DNA of 16,956 bases from positions 1-16,956 of the forward strand of contig JAVHPP010000043.1 of NCBI GenBank assembly GCA_036170655.1, read 5' to 3'. The position numbers and the translations under genes are program-made. Below, piece after piece: positions 1 through 8,100 of this stretch; the stretch's first letter is position 1; each line of letters starts with the position of its first letter. Source of the stretch: Candidatus Zixiibacteriota bacterium. Its GTDB lineage: Bacteria > Zixibacteria > MSB-5A5 > WJJR01. The notes below the pieces were generated by a model. It made no database searches. It saw only the letters and a program-made list of their open reading frames with translations, and was not told the origin of the DNA.

Positions 1-635
1 GCCACCGCGCCGAGTGACGTGGCGGCCTGAAGCTTATCGTCGCGGATATCCACCGCAATGACGCTCGCGCCAAAAGCGGTGGCCACCTGAACGATGTTCA
101 AACCGATCCCCCCGCAGCCGAAGACGATAACTTTGTCCCCGCCCCGAACCTGGCCGCGATTCTTCACCGCATGATACGGAGTCGAAACAGCGTCGGCGAT
201 TATTGCGCCTTCGATAAGCGGAATCGACTCGGGCAGGATAAACGAGTCTTTGGCTGGCGCAACCACATATTCTGCATAGGAGCCGTCTATATCGTTGCCG
301 AACATCTTCATATTCACGCAGATATTCTCGCGCCCCGTGCGGCAGTTGAAACATCGTCCGCAGGTGAGCACGGCGGGAAGCAGAACGCGATCGCCGACCT
401 TGCGGTCGGTGACGCCGGCGCCGACGGCCGCGACGATACCTGACGCTTCGTGTCCGAGGATCAAGGGCGGTTTCTTGAAGGTCGGGACGCCATGATCGAT
501 GTAGTGCAGATCGGTGTGACAGACACCGCAAGCGGCAACTTTGACAAGAATGTCGCCAGCCTGCGGCTGGGGCGTGGGCCATTCGCCAACAGTCAGTGGG
601 ACATTCGGTTTCTCGAAGATGGCGGCTTTCATCAT
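1..635 (-). CDS. had: Zn-dependent alcohol dehydrogenase (MDR), probable 6-hydroxycyclohex-1-ene-1-carbonyl-CoA dehydrogenase (Had/BamQ-like); 3' end lies outside the window
   Basis: Not in the ORF track because no stop lies in the window. Manual translation from ATG 635: MMKAAIFEKPNVPLTVGEWPTPQPQAGDILVKVAACGVCHTDLHYIDHGVPTFKKPPLILGHEASG...CGRCFNCRTGRENIC...VIVFGCGGIG. It shows the catalytic-Zn CHTD/GHE motifs, the four-Cys structural Zn site and a Rossmann GxGxxG. RBS-like AGAGGGA upstream. The Had assignment rests on context (dch/oah neighbours); the family call is firm. Confidence 0.8.
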   Translation of the reverse strand, partial: MMKAAIFEKPNVPLTVGEWPTPQPQAGDILVKVAACGVCHTDLHYIDHGVPTFKKPPLILGHEASGIVAAVGAGVTDRKVGDRVLLPAVLTCGRCFNCRTGRENICVNMKMFGNDIDGSYAEYVVAPAKDSFILPESIPLIEGAIIADAVSTPYHAVKNRGQVRGGDKVIVFGCGGIGLNIVQVATAFGASVIAVDIRDDKLQAATSLGAV

Positions 636-699
636 GGTCTTCCCTCTTTGATGCCAATTCCCGGATTCCGACGGCGCAGGTCAACCCAGTGGGTCGCCT

Positions 700-1470
700 C
701 TACTGGTCTTTCCAGACCGGTTTGCGTTTCTCCATGAATGCGGCAAGACCTTCGCTGGGGTCCTGCCCAGTCATCAGATCGTTTAGATAAATCGCTTCCG
801 CCTCATCCAATGCGTGCCCGAAATCCGGCATGACGATACGCTGAAAGGCGCGCTTGGCCTGCATCAGTGAGAAAACGGACAGCAACCTGAACTGGCCCAT
901 AAATTGTTCCACCCTCTGCGCGAAATCCGCCGCGGGGAAAACATGATTCACCAACCCGATGGACGACGCCTCGGTAGCGTTCAGGACACATCCCGTAAAA
1001 ACCAACTCGGCGGCTTTCTTGACCCCCACGATCTGCGACAAATGCGCGATGGCCAGGGGCGGAAAGACACCCAGTTTGATTTCGGGCACACCGATCTTCA
1101 AATCGTCAGAGGCCAGCACGATGTCGGCGAAGATGGCTAATTCCATGGCGCCACCATAGGCACCCCCATGCGCTGCGCACACAGTCGGCATCGGCAATCG
1201 GTGCATCAGACGGAATGTCTGGTGAAATGTCCCGATCATCTGTCCTGCCATTTCCTTCTTGTGTTCCGGGACATCGACACCGGAGGAAAACATCTTGCCC
1301 TCGCCGTCAATCAGCAGTGCGCAGACGTCATGCCTTCCAATCAACGATTCGAGATAGGCGTTGATTTCCGAGAGCATTGCGATATTGAGCACGTTCAAGG
1401 GCGGACGGGCCAGCGTGAGATGCGCGAGGCGATCGGATTCGGCGGTCTTGATCAGTTGGAAGTTCTTCAT
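700..1470 (-). CDS. dch: Enoyl-CoA hydratase, cyclohexa-1,5-diene-1-carbonyl-CoA hydratase (Dch/BamR)-like, 256 aa
   Basis: Crotonase motifs FSSGVDVPEH, AYGGAMELA and PEIKLGVFPP (both catalytic Glu). The C-terminus EAIYLNDLM...EGLAAFMEKRKPVW resembles Dch proteins. Start set at ATG 1470 (MKNFQL) after RBS GGGAGGGG; the longer track start at 1518 falls inside a REP element. Confidence 0.8.
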   Translation of the reverse strand: MKNFQLIKTAESDRLAHLTLARPPLNVLNIAMLSEINAYLESLIGRHDVCALLIDGEGKMFSSGVDVPEHKKEMAGQMIGTFHQTFRLMHRLPMPTVCAAHGGAYGGAMELAIFADIVLASDDLKIGVPEIKLGVFPPLAIAHLSQIVGVKKAAELVFTGCVLNATEASSIGLVNHVFPAADFAQRVEQFMGQFRLLSVFSLMQAKRAFQRIVMPDFGHALDEAEAIYLNDLMTGQDPSEGLAAFMEKRKPVWKDQ

Positions 1471-1507
1471 TCCCCTCCCGATGACGCTGCGGTCAGGCCT
1501 TGAGAGC

Positions 1508-1531
1508 GGGCACGGCAAGCCGTGCCCCTAC
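1508..1531 (-). repeat. GTAG-family REP-like palindrome, copy 1
   Basis: Minus strand reads GTAG-GGGCACGGC-TT-GCCGTGCCC: a GTAG tetranucleotide followed by a perfect 9-bp stem, intergenic. Confidence 0.75.
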
Positions 1532-1557
1532 GCATAATTGATTGATCATCGAAAGAA

Positions 1558-1579
1558 GGCGCACGCCGTGCACCCCTAC
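1558..1579 (-). repeat. GTAG-family REP-like palindrome, copy 2 (variant)
   Basis: Minus strand reads GTAGGGGTGCACGGCGTGCGCC: same GTAGGGG head as copy 1 and an imperfect GC-rich stem. Confidence 0.65.
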
Positions 1580-1640
1580 ATTCCGGGTTATCATCCGTCC
1601 TATCCCTTGAGCCTTTAGTCATCGTCCGTTGCCTTTGTCC

Positions 1641-2396
1641 TCAGATGTACTGCCCACCGTCCACCTTGATGACTTCGCCGGTGATGTGGCGTGACCCATC
1701 GGAGCAGAGGAACAGCACGACCGCAGCGACGTCGTCACAGGTGCCGAGACGGCCGAGCACTGTCTCCGCCAGCGACTTCGTCTTCGCCTCTTCCGGCATG
1801 GTCGCGACCATGTCGGTTGCGATCAGACCGGGCGCGACCGCGTTCACGTTCACGTTGGCAGCGCCGAGTTCGCGCGCGAGCGTCTTGGTCAAACCAATAA
1901 TCCCCGCTTTCGACGCGGCGTAGTTGGCCTGCCCGAACTTCCCTCTCATGCCATTGATGGAGGTCATATTGATGATGCGGCCCGACTTTTGCTGACGGAA
2001 CACGGGGACCGCTGCACGAATAAAATTAAATGTCCCTTTCAGATTCGTATTGATGACGGCATCCCACTGCTCGTCCGTCATTTTCCAAGTGACACCATCG
2101 CGGTTGATACCCGCGTTGTTCACGAGAATGTCGAGGCCGCCGAAGTCAGCACGGACCGAGTTAACCATTTGCTGAACTTGCGGTGCGTTGGCGACGTCGC
2201 ACGCATAAGCATGGGCCCGTCCTCCGGCGGTTTCGATCGCAGCGGTCACGCTCTGCGCTTCGCTTTCGTGACGGCGGTAGTTGACGGCAACGCGGCAACC
2301 CTGGGCACCCAAGGCGCGGGCGATCGCGGCGCCGATACCCAATGATGCACCGGTAACAATCGCGACGCGATCCTTCAGTTCGGGATAGATTGTCAT
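1641..2396 (-). CDS. Short-chain dehydrogenase/reductase (FabG/3-oxoacyl-CoA reductase-like), 251 aa
   Basis: TGASLGIG, NNAG, YAASK and VDGG motifs. ATG 2396 overlaps the upstream TGA (ATGA), indicating translational coupling. Confidence 0.9.
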   Translation of the reverse strand: MTIYPELKDRVAIVTGASLGIGAAIARALGAQGCRVAVNYRRHESEAQSVTAAIETAGGRAHAYACDVANAPQVQQMVNSVRADFGGLDILVNNAGINRDGVTWKMTDEQWDAVINTNLKGTFNFIRAAVPVFRQQKSGRIINMTSINGMRGKFGQANYAASKAGIIGLTKTLARELGAANVNVNAVAPGLIATDMVATMPEEAKTKSLAETVLGRLGTCDDVAAVVLFLCSDGSRHITGEVIKVDGGQYI

Positions 2397-3373
2397 TGCC
2401 TGACCTGAGATGCGGGCGGGGTCAGGGCATGACCACACTGCCCACAGAAAGCAAACTCTGACGGGAGGGCATCGGCGCCGCACGACGGGCAAGTTACGGA
2501 GTACGATCCCCAGAGAAATTCGACGCTTCCGCCCTCAGCCATTTTGCGCCGCAACCCACGGTAGTCAACTTTGCGTTTTTGCACAAAGGCACGCATGCCT
2601 TCGTTGGGTTCGCCGCAGGCGAAATGTGTGGTCAGCCAGTCCCGGGCATGACCGATGGTTTGGTGCCAGGCCAGTTCCTTCCAGAAGTTGACCTGCGTAC
2701 GTGTATAGCGTGTGCACTCGGTGAACTTGTCGAGCAACTGCTGGACCAGTTCATCGACGGCATCATCCAGTTGCGCCCGCGGGACGACGCGGTTGACAAG
2801 TCCCCACTCGAGGGCTTGAGCTGCCGGGATGCGCTGGTTGAGCAGGAGCATCTCGCGGGCACGGCGGTCGCCGACCATGATCGGCAGCCATTGTGTCCCT
2901 CCGCCGCAGGCGACCGACCCGACATTGGTGCCGATCTGACCGACAAAGGTATCGTCGGCCATGACGGCGAGATCGCAGGCCATCTGCGATTCATTGCCGC
3001 CGCCGACGGCCATTCCGTTGATGCGGGCGATCGAGGGCTTGCCCAGGTTGAGAAGCGATTCCAGATACGCGCGGAACAGGCCCATGTACTTGTAGTAATC
3101 GCGCGGCCTCTTGGTGTAGTACGCCTGGTATTCCTTGACGTCGCCACCGGTGGAGAATGCTTTGTCACCGGCCCCAGTGTAAACGACGACCGCGATGGCG
3201 TCATCCCAGGCGGCATCGGTGAAGGCGGCGATCAGCTCCTTGAGGGCTTGCGTGTTGTAGGCATTGTAATGACCGGGCCGGTTGATCGTCACTCGCGCCA
3301 CCGGACCTTTCTTCTCGTACAGGATCTCGGTGAACCGGCAATCTGCGGGTTGGCGTGCCTCAAACAGATTCAT
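2393..3373 (-). CDS. oah: Crotonase-family ring-opening hydrolase, 6-oxocyclohex-1-ene-1-carbonyl-CoA hydrolase (Oah/BamA)-like, with C-terminal zinc ribbon, 326 aa
   Basis: GDKAFSTGGDVKEYQAYYTKRPRDYYKYMGLF resembles the Oah/BamA segment (TGGxxKEYxxYYxxxPxxYxxYMxLF). Also RINGMAVGGG and GSVACGGGTQWLP. Tail CPSC-x11-CGQC. ATG 3373 follows RBS GAGGAGG. Confidence 0.75.
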   Translation of the reverse strand: MNLFEARQPADCRFTEILYEKKGPVARVTINRPGHYNAYNTQALKELIAAFTDAAWDDAIAVVVYTGAGDKAFSTGGDVKEYQAYYTKRPRDYYKYMGLFRAYLESLLNLGKPSIARINGMAVGGGNESQMACDLAVMADDTFVGQIGTNVGSVACGGGTQWLPIMVGDRRAREMLLLNQRIPAAQALEWGLVNRVVPRAQLDDAVDELVQQLLDKFTECTRYTRTQVNFWKELAWHQTIGHARDWLTTHFACGEPNEGMRAFVQKRKVDYRGLRRKMAEGGSVEFLWGSYSVTCPSCGADALPSEFAFCGQCGHALTPPASQVRQ

Positions 3374-3441
3374 GCCACAAATCCTCCTCTTGTCCCATGT
3401 GACGCAGTTCGTTTTTACACCGAACGCGACCGGCGGAAGCA

Positions 3442-4047
3442 TCATGGTTCACGGTCAACCCCCTGCAAGAAAACCGTTGTCATCTGGCGCGCCAGATGTT
3501 CGGCGGGACCATCCGTGGCCGGTTTGTACCATGTGTAGATCCAGTTGATCATGCCAAAGAGAGCCATCGTAGTAATCCGGGGATCGAGATCGCGACGCCG
3601 CCGCGACTTGAGCAACTCGGCCACGATTCCAAGGCACAGGTTATAGTAACTGCGCCGCATGCGCCGCATCCGGCGTCCCATCTCCCCGTCCAGGGCTTCC
3701 GATTCATGCGAAAGGACCTTCATTTCGGTGATGTGAGCGGCGAAGAACTCCAGATGATTGCGGATCAGACGTTCGACCTTCTCTGCTGGCGTCGCCGCCG
3801 GGGAACACTGCGACAGGGGTCGGATCAATTGTTCGAAGGCGGCGCGCTGCAATTCATAGAGCAGTTCATCCTTACCGGCAAAATAGTGGTAGAGTCCCGA
3901 CAGACTCATCCCCGCGGCCCGGGCCAGATCCCGCATCGAGGCCCGCGCGAACCCCCGCTCGGCAAACAGCCGCGCTGCGGCAGAGCGCACACGGTCCCCC
4001 GGTGTTTCGACGTCAGGGTTGGATGTCTTGGTGGTCCGTCGCGGCAT
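3442..4047 (-). CDS. TetR/AcrR-family transcriptional regulator (KstR2/PaaR-like, probably acyl-CoA sensing), 201 aa
   Basis: HTH AARLFAERGFARASMRDLARAAGMSLSGLYHYFAGKDELL and C-terminal GMINWIYTWYKP. ATG 4047 with RBS GGAG; the track's TTG start at 4116 coincides with the -35 box. Confidence 0.9.
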   Translation of the reverse strand: MPRRTTKTSNPDVETPGDRVRSAAARLFAERGFARASMRDLARAAGMSLSGLYHYFAGKDELLYELQRAAFEQLIRPLSQCSPAATPAEKVERLIRNHLEFFAAHITEMKVLSHESEALDGEMGRRMRRMRRSYYNLCLGIVAELLKSRRRRDLDPRITTMALFGMINWIYTWYKPATDGPAEHLARQMTTVFLQGVDREP

Positions 4048-4064
4048 GGCATCTCCGGTGGAAC

Positions 4065-4082
4065 CGAGCGAACGTTCGTTCG
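4065..4082. promoter_or_regulatory. Putative TetR operator palindrome
   Basis: CGAGCGAAC|GTTCGTTCG (8 of 9 positions symmetric), lying between the -10 box and the tetR RBS. Confidence 0.7.
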
Positions 4083-4087
4083 AAGGC

Positions 4088-4116
4088 AATGTCGCCTGGC
4101 CGAGCTCTTGTGTCAA
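4088..4116 (-). promoter_or_regulatory. Putative sigma70 promoter of the tetR-oah-SDR-dch-had operon
   Basis: Minus strand TTGACA (4116-4111), 17-bp spacer, GACATT (4093-4088). Confidence 0.6.
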
Positions 4117-4178
4117 GGATGTTCATGACATTTTCTGCGAGAAACGAAAGGACAGACCCTCGAACATAACTAAATTAG

Positions 4179-5633
4179 TTACAATTGCGGAGGGACGGGA
4201 TCCCCGGGGCCTTCGCTCTCACCGGCGGCCTCTCCCGGAGAAGCGAGGCGATTACGCAGGGTCTGGCGTGAAATCCCCAAGAGACGCGCCGCGTGGACCT
4301 GATTGCCCCGTTCCCGCGCGAGCGCCCGCGCCAGCATCTCGCGTTCGAGGACTGGCAGGATCGGACATTGCGGGTCCTGGTCAAACTGCGCCGCCAACCG
4401 GCTGAAGACAGCGTCCAAAAGCGACTCTGCCTCCCAATCCTCACGGGAGATTTGGGGCGAAACGGCCTCACCCGCAAAAGAGACCGATTCCGGCAGCAAG
4501 GTTGGCCCTGTGGACACGATCAGGGCGCGGTCGATCACGTTCTCGAGTTCGCGGACATTCCCTCGCCACGAGTGCGCCATGATCTTGTCCATCGTCTCCG
4601 GCGGGATCTGATTGACCTGTCGGTCCCGGCGGCGGTTGCTGCGGGCGAGGAAGTAGCGAACCAGACGCGGGATGTCCTCGCGGCGTTCGTCCAGCGGCGG
4701 CAGCTCGATCGTGAAGACATTCAGACGGAAGTAGAGGTCCTCGCGAAAATGCCCTTCACGGATGAGTTGTGTAAGATCGCGGTGGGTGGCTGCGATGATG
4801 CGCGCATCGACGTGGATCGATTCGCTGCCGCCGACACGCTCCATCACCCCGTCTTGAAGAACACGGAGAATCTTGGCTTGGGTGCCCGGGCTCATGTCGC
4901 CGATTTCGTCGAGAAACAGGGTCCCGCCATTGGCGCGCTCAAATTTCCCCAGTCGGCGATGCTCAGCCGATGTGAAGGCGCCGCGTTCATGACCAAAAAG
5001 CTCGCTTTCCAGCAATCCTTCGGGGATGGCGGCGCAGTTGACTGCAAGAAAAGGCTTCTCGGCGCGGCGGGAATGGTGATAGATCGCGCGGGCGACCAGT
5101 TCTTTGCCGGTGCCGGAGGCGCCGCGAATCAGCACACTGGCATCAGACTGAGCCACCCGTCCAATCTGCTTGTACACCTCCTGCATGGCGCGCGATTGTC
5201 CGACCAGCGTGTCGGTATCGCCGACAGACTCCTCACCACCATCGAGCAGGTCGACCTTCCGGGTCATGAGACGATAGGCATTGGCCGCCTGTTCCGCGAG
5301 ACGTTTGATGTCGTCGACCTCGAATGGCTTGAGCACGAAGTCGTAGGCGCCGCGTTTGACCGCCTCGATCGCCACCTCGGTCGTGCCGAAGGCGGTGATG
5401 ACAATCACCGGAATCTTGTTGTCGATCTGCTGGACCCGGGAGAGCACGTCCATGCCCGACAAACCGGGCATGCGCAAGTCGAGAAAGATCACGGAATACG
5501 CGCCTGGGTGAATCCTGGCCAGCGCCTCTTCGCCCGAAGCGGCTTCGTCGATTTCGTAAAGTTTGGGATCGAGGAGGCGGCGGAATGCGAACCGCAGGTT
5601 CTTATCGTCATCAACGATGAGCACGTGATACAT
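4179..5633 (-). CDS. Sigma54-dependent response regulator (NtrC/AtoC/ZraR type: REC - AAA+ - Fis HTH), 484 aa
   Basis: REC: VDDD, FLDLRMPG (phosphoacceptor), VITAFG, KP. AAA+: GASGTGKE, ESELFGHERGAFTSA, LFLDEIG, FREDLYFRL, WRGNVREL. HTH: GNQVHAARLLGISRQTL. Confidence 0.95.
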   Translation of the reverse strand: MYHVLIVDDDKNLRFAFRRLLDPKLYEIDEAASGEEALARIHPGAYSVIFLDLRMPGLSGMDVLSRVQQIDNKIPVIVITAFGTTEVAIEAVKRGAYDFVLKPFEVDDIKRLAEQAANAYRLMTRKVDLLDGGEESVGDTDTLVGQSRAMQEVYKQIGRVAQSDASVLIRGASGTGKELVARAIYHHSRRAEKPFLAVNCAAIPEGLLESELFGHERGAFTSAEHRRLGKFERANGGTLFLDEIGDMSPGTQAKILRVLQDGVMERVGGSESIHVDARIIAATHRDLTQLIREGHFREDLYFRLNVFTIELPPLDERREDIPRLVRYFLARSNRRRDRQVNQIPPETMDKIMAHSWRGNVRELENVIDRALIVSTGPTLLPESVSFAGEAVSPQISREDWEAESLLDAVFSRLAAQFDQDPQCPILPVLEREMLARALARERGNQVHAARLLGISRQTLRNRLASPGEAAGESEGPGDPVPPQL

Positions 5634-7305
5634 GGGCCTCTTCCTTTCGCCGGCCGTGCAGGGTGATGATAAAACTGGTTCCCTTGTCTTCGTGGCCCTC
5701 TGCGCGGATCGTCCCCTGGTGTTTGTCCACGATGATGCTGGCGATGGACAGACCCAGCCCGGTACCGGTCGCCTTGGTGCTGAAGAACGGTTCGAAGATT
5801 CTCTCTTTGAGTTCGTTGGGCAGACCCGGCCCGGAGTTCCAGATTGTCACCGTAACGCCATCGTCGCCGTCGGGTGCGGTGGTCATCCGGATCTCGCCGC
5901 CGCGCGGGGTGGCCTCGACCGCATTGAGCAGGATATTGACGAAGACCTGACCGATCTGGTCGCTGTCAGCCCAGACAGTTCCCGCATGGGGGTCATATTG
6001 TTCGCTCAGTTGCACACCCTGAATCTGGACCTGCGGTCGCATCAGACTGGCGATGCGCGAGAGGGTTTCGTCCAGCCGCACGAGGGAAAATTCCGGCTCA
6101 CGCGGACGGGCAAATTGGAGGAAGCGCAGAACGAGCGCTTTGATCTTGTCAATCTCGGCCGCCACGATCCCGAGGTCGCCGTTCCTGACATCATGGGGGG
6201 GCGTTTGCTCACGCAACGAGTGAATCAGCACTTTGATGGTCGTCAGCGGGTTGTTGATCTCGTGGGCGACGGAGGCCGCCATCATGCCGACCGAAGCCAG
6301 ACGGTCGGCGGTGATCAATTGTTCGCTGGTTGTGCGGAGCGCAATCTCTCGTTTCTCGAGCTTTTGCACGGCGACACTCGCGAGGGTGGTTGCGGCGCCA
6401 ACGGCAATCAGAAGAATGATTCCCATCACGAACCAGAAAACACGTCGCAGACGGTTCAAGCCCGCGAAAACCTCGTCAGAATCCTGCTCGACCAGAATAG
6501 TCCATCCCAGTGACGGAAGCCGCTGGTAAGCGCCGAGCATCACGGCGTCACGGGCGTTACGATACCGCAGGATGCCTGCCAGGTTGCCATTGTTCTGGTG
6601 TACGCCCAGCGAGCCGGGCCAGCGTATGCGGGCGCCCTGTTCAACGCAGTTCAGGGCGAGTCCTGTGGAATCAAAGAGAAACACCCGCAGTTTCTCACCG
6701 GCGAGACCGTCGTCCAGTAGTTGATACATGGGACCGGGTGAGACAACTCCAAGGATGAAGGCACGGCGTGTGCCATCGCGATCAACAACCGGCGCATAGA
6801 TGGGCAACTCGGCGCGGGTAGTGTCTGGACTCAGCCGGTGGGTGGCAACAAATGTTTGCCCGGTTTGAATGGCTGTGAGACCATCATGGTCGGGGATCGA
6901 GGAAAAGGTACTGGGCGCACGCCACTCCCCGCTGTTAGCGAAGACAGCAATCGATCGATAGCGGCCGCCGAAGACACCCCGCACACGGTCGAGCACGTCG
7001 GCAAGAGAGTCTACGGCGGGACCATCACCGGCGTCCGCACGTTTCACCCAATGATTGATCGAGGCAAGATGGCCAACTGCCGCCAGATCAAACTCGCGTT
7101 CCCCAACCCAATCTCGGAGCCGCGCGGCCTGATCGGTGGCCAAGGTGGTCAGCCGAATCTCGACTTCGCTGGTGATCGATCCGCGGGCGCCCCAGAAGAG
7201 TGCCAGACCGGCGATGAGGACGGGCACACAGATCATACCCACGAGCAGCATGACAACTGTGAACCGGAGCCGTTGATAAGGGGATTTGGGGAGCGAGATC
7301 GGCAT
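5611..7305 (-). CDS. Membrane sensor histidine kinase (2 TM, Cache-like extracytoplasmic domain, HisKA, HATPase); start uncertain
   Basis: Two hydrophobic TM stretches, a Cache-like end (GAYQRLPSLGWTILVEQD), H box AHEINNPL, N box NILLNAVEA, F box FEPFFSTK and G2 GTGLGL. Overlaps the regulator start by 23 bp. Start could be ATG 7305 or further upstream (track start 7404). Confidence 0.92.
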   Translation of the reverse strand: MPISLPKSPYQRLRFTVVMLLVGMICVPVLIAGLALFWGARGSITSEVEIRLTTLATDQAARLRDWVGEREFDLAAVGHLASINHWVKRADAGDGPAVDSLADVLDRVRGVFGGRYRSIAVFANSGEWRAPSTFSSIPDHDGLTAIQTGQTFVATHRLSPDTTRAELPIYAPVVDRDGTRRAFILGVVSPGPMYQLLDDGLAGEKLRVFLFDSTGLALNCVEQGARIRWPGSLGVHQNNGNLAGILRYRNARDAVMLGAYQRLPSLGWTILVEQDSDEVFAGLNRLRRVFWFVMGIILLIAVGAATTLASVAVQKLEKREIALRTTSEQLITADRLASVGMMAASVAHEINNPLTTIKVLIHSLREQTPPHDVRNGDLGIVAAEIDKIKALVLRFLQFARPREPEFSLVRLDETLSRIASLMRPQVQIQGVQLSEQYDPHAGTVWADSDQIGQVFVNILLNAVEATPRGGEIRMTTAPDGDDGVTVTIWNSGPGLPNELKERIFEPFFSTKATGTGLGLSIASIIVDKHQGTIRAEGHEDKGTSFIITLHGRRKEEAHVSRAHR

Positions 7306-7490
7306 CGGGATCGACAGGTGTTGTCGGCCGGACAGAGTGCCTGCCAGACGGCGGACACGCAGGCCCACACCTTCTAATGTGTGCAATTTAGGACCGGCAG
7401 ACAATCAGGAGATAAAGAAATGCCGAGGCCATGCGGGCGCTCGTACGCCCGCACGACCCCGGCCGCGAGGTTTCAGGCTGGGAGGCGGGC

Positions 7491-7664
7491 CTACTTGGCC
7501 ATCGCCGCCTGATCCTGACCGAGCGAACGTGAGTACGCCACATGGAGGTCACGGTAGGTCGTGCGGAGCGATACTCCACAGGCCTTGGCGATTTCCTCGA
7601 GCGGCATTTGCCGATTGGTCCAGAGCAGTTGGTGCACCAGATTGATGCGTTGCTTGCGGTTCAT
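7491..7664 (-). CDS. Small stand-alone HTH protein (HTH_11/DeoR-like, resembling the N-terminus of WYL regulators), 57 aa
   Basis: MNRKQRINLVHQLLWTNRQMPLEEIAKACGVSLRTTYRDL contains the EIAxxxGVSxRTxYRD pattern. RBS GGGAGG before ATG 7664. Confidence 0.7.
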   Translation of the reverse strand: MNRKQRINLVHQLLWTNRQMPLEEIAKACGVSLRTTYRDLHVAYSRSLGQDQAAMAK

Positions 7665-7761
7665 CGTTCCTCCCATAGGTGAGACTGTTCGGGTTAAAAG
7701 TTGTCTGCCTCTGCTTTCAGCTCCAAGTCAGTGATCCATGTGGTATGACGCCAAGCGCTGC

Positions 7762-7956
7762 CTACACGCGCCCGGGGTCGGCTGGTCTTTTCGGGCGAAG
7801 GTCTTCATCCCGTGGCGATACATCCTTTGTCGAGTGAATGAGTTCGCCTCCATCAGATAACTCAGCCCAACAGTGCGGGCAATAGTGTCCTCCGGGCACG
7901 TTGCAGAGGAGCCAGTCGCTTTCTGTCAGCTTACTTGAGCATCGTGGACATTGCAT
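7762..7956 (-). CDS. Small zinc-ribbon protein (CPRC...CPHC), 64 aa
   Basis: MQCPRCSSKLTESDWLLCNVPGGHYCPHCWAEL...; strong RBS GGGAGG before ATG 7956; lies directly downstream of a sigma54 promoter. Confidence 0.7.
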   Translation of the reverse strand: MQCPRCSSKLTESDWLLCNVPGGHYCPHCWAELSDGGELIHSTKDVSPRDEDLRPKRPADPGRV

Positions 7957-7990
7957 CGCGGCCTCCCAAACAACCGTCACAGACAGTGCC

Positions 7991-8006
7991 AGCAACCGTC
8001 GTGCCA
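7991..8006 (-). promoter_or_regulatory. Sigma54 (-24/-12) promoter
   Basis: Minus strand TGGCACGACGGTTGCT matches the consensus TGGCACGNNNNTTGCW. Predicted TSS ~7980, 24 nt before ATG 7956. Confidence 0.85.
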
Positions 8007-8100
8007 CCGCGCAATTCCGACAGATTATCACGTAACGAATTACACGCCTTTGCATTAGAGTGAATTGAATACTGCGTCGCAGTCCCTGCTCCGAGCCGGC

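Noticed and set aside
34..684. 216-aa minus-strand ORF in the track
   Set aside because: Wrong frame. The real gene is the Zn-ADH in another minus frame starting at 635; this ORF is Arg-rich with no motifs.
2393..3373. menB (naphthoate synthase) or badI assignment
   Set aside because: The KEYxxYY...YMxLF segment and the dch/had neighbours fit Oah better, and no men genes are nearby.
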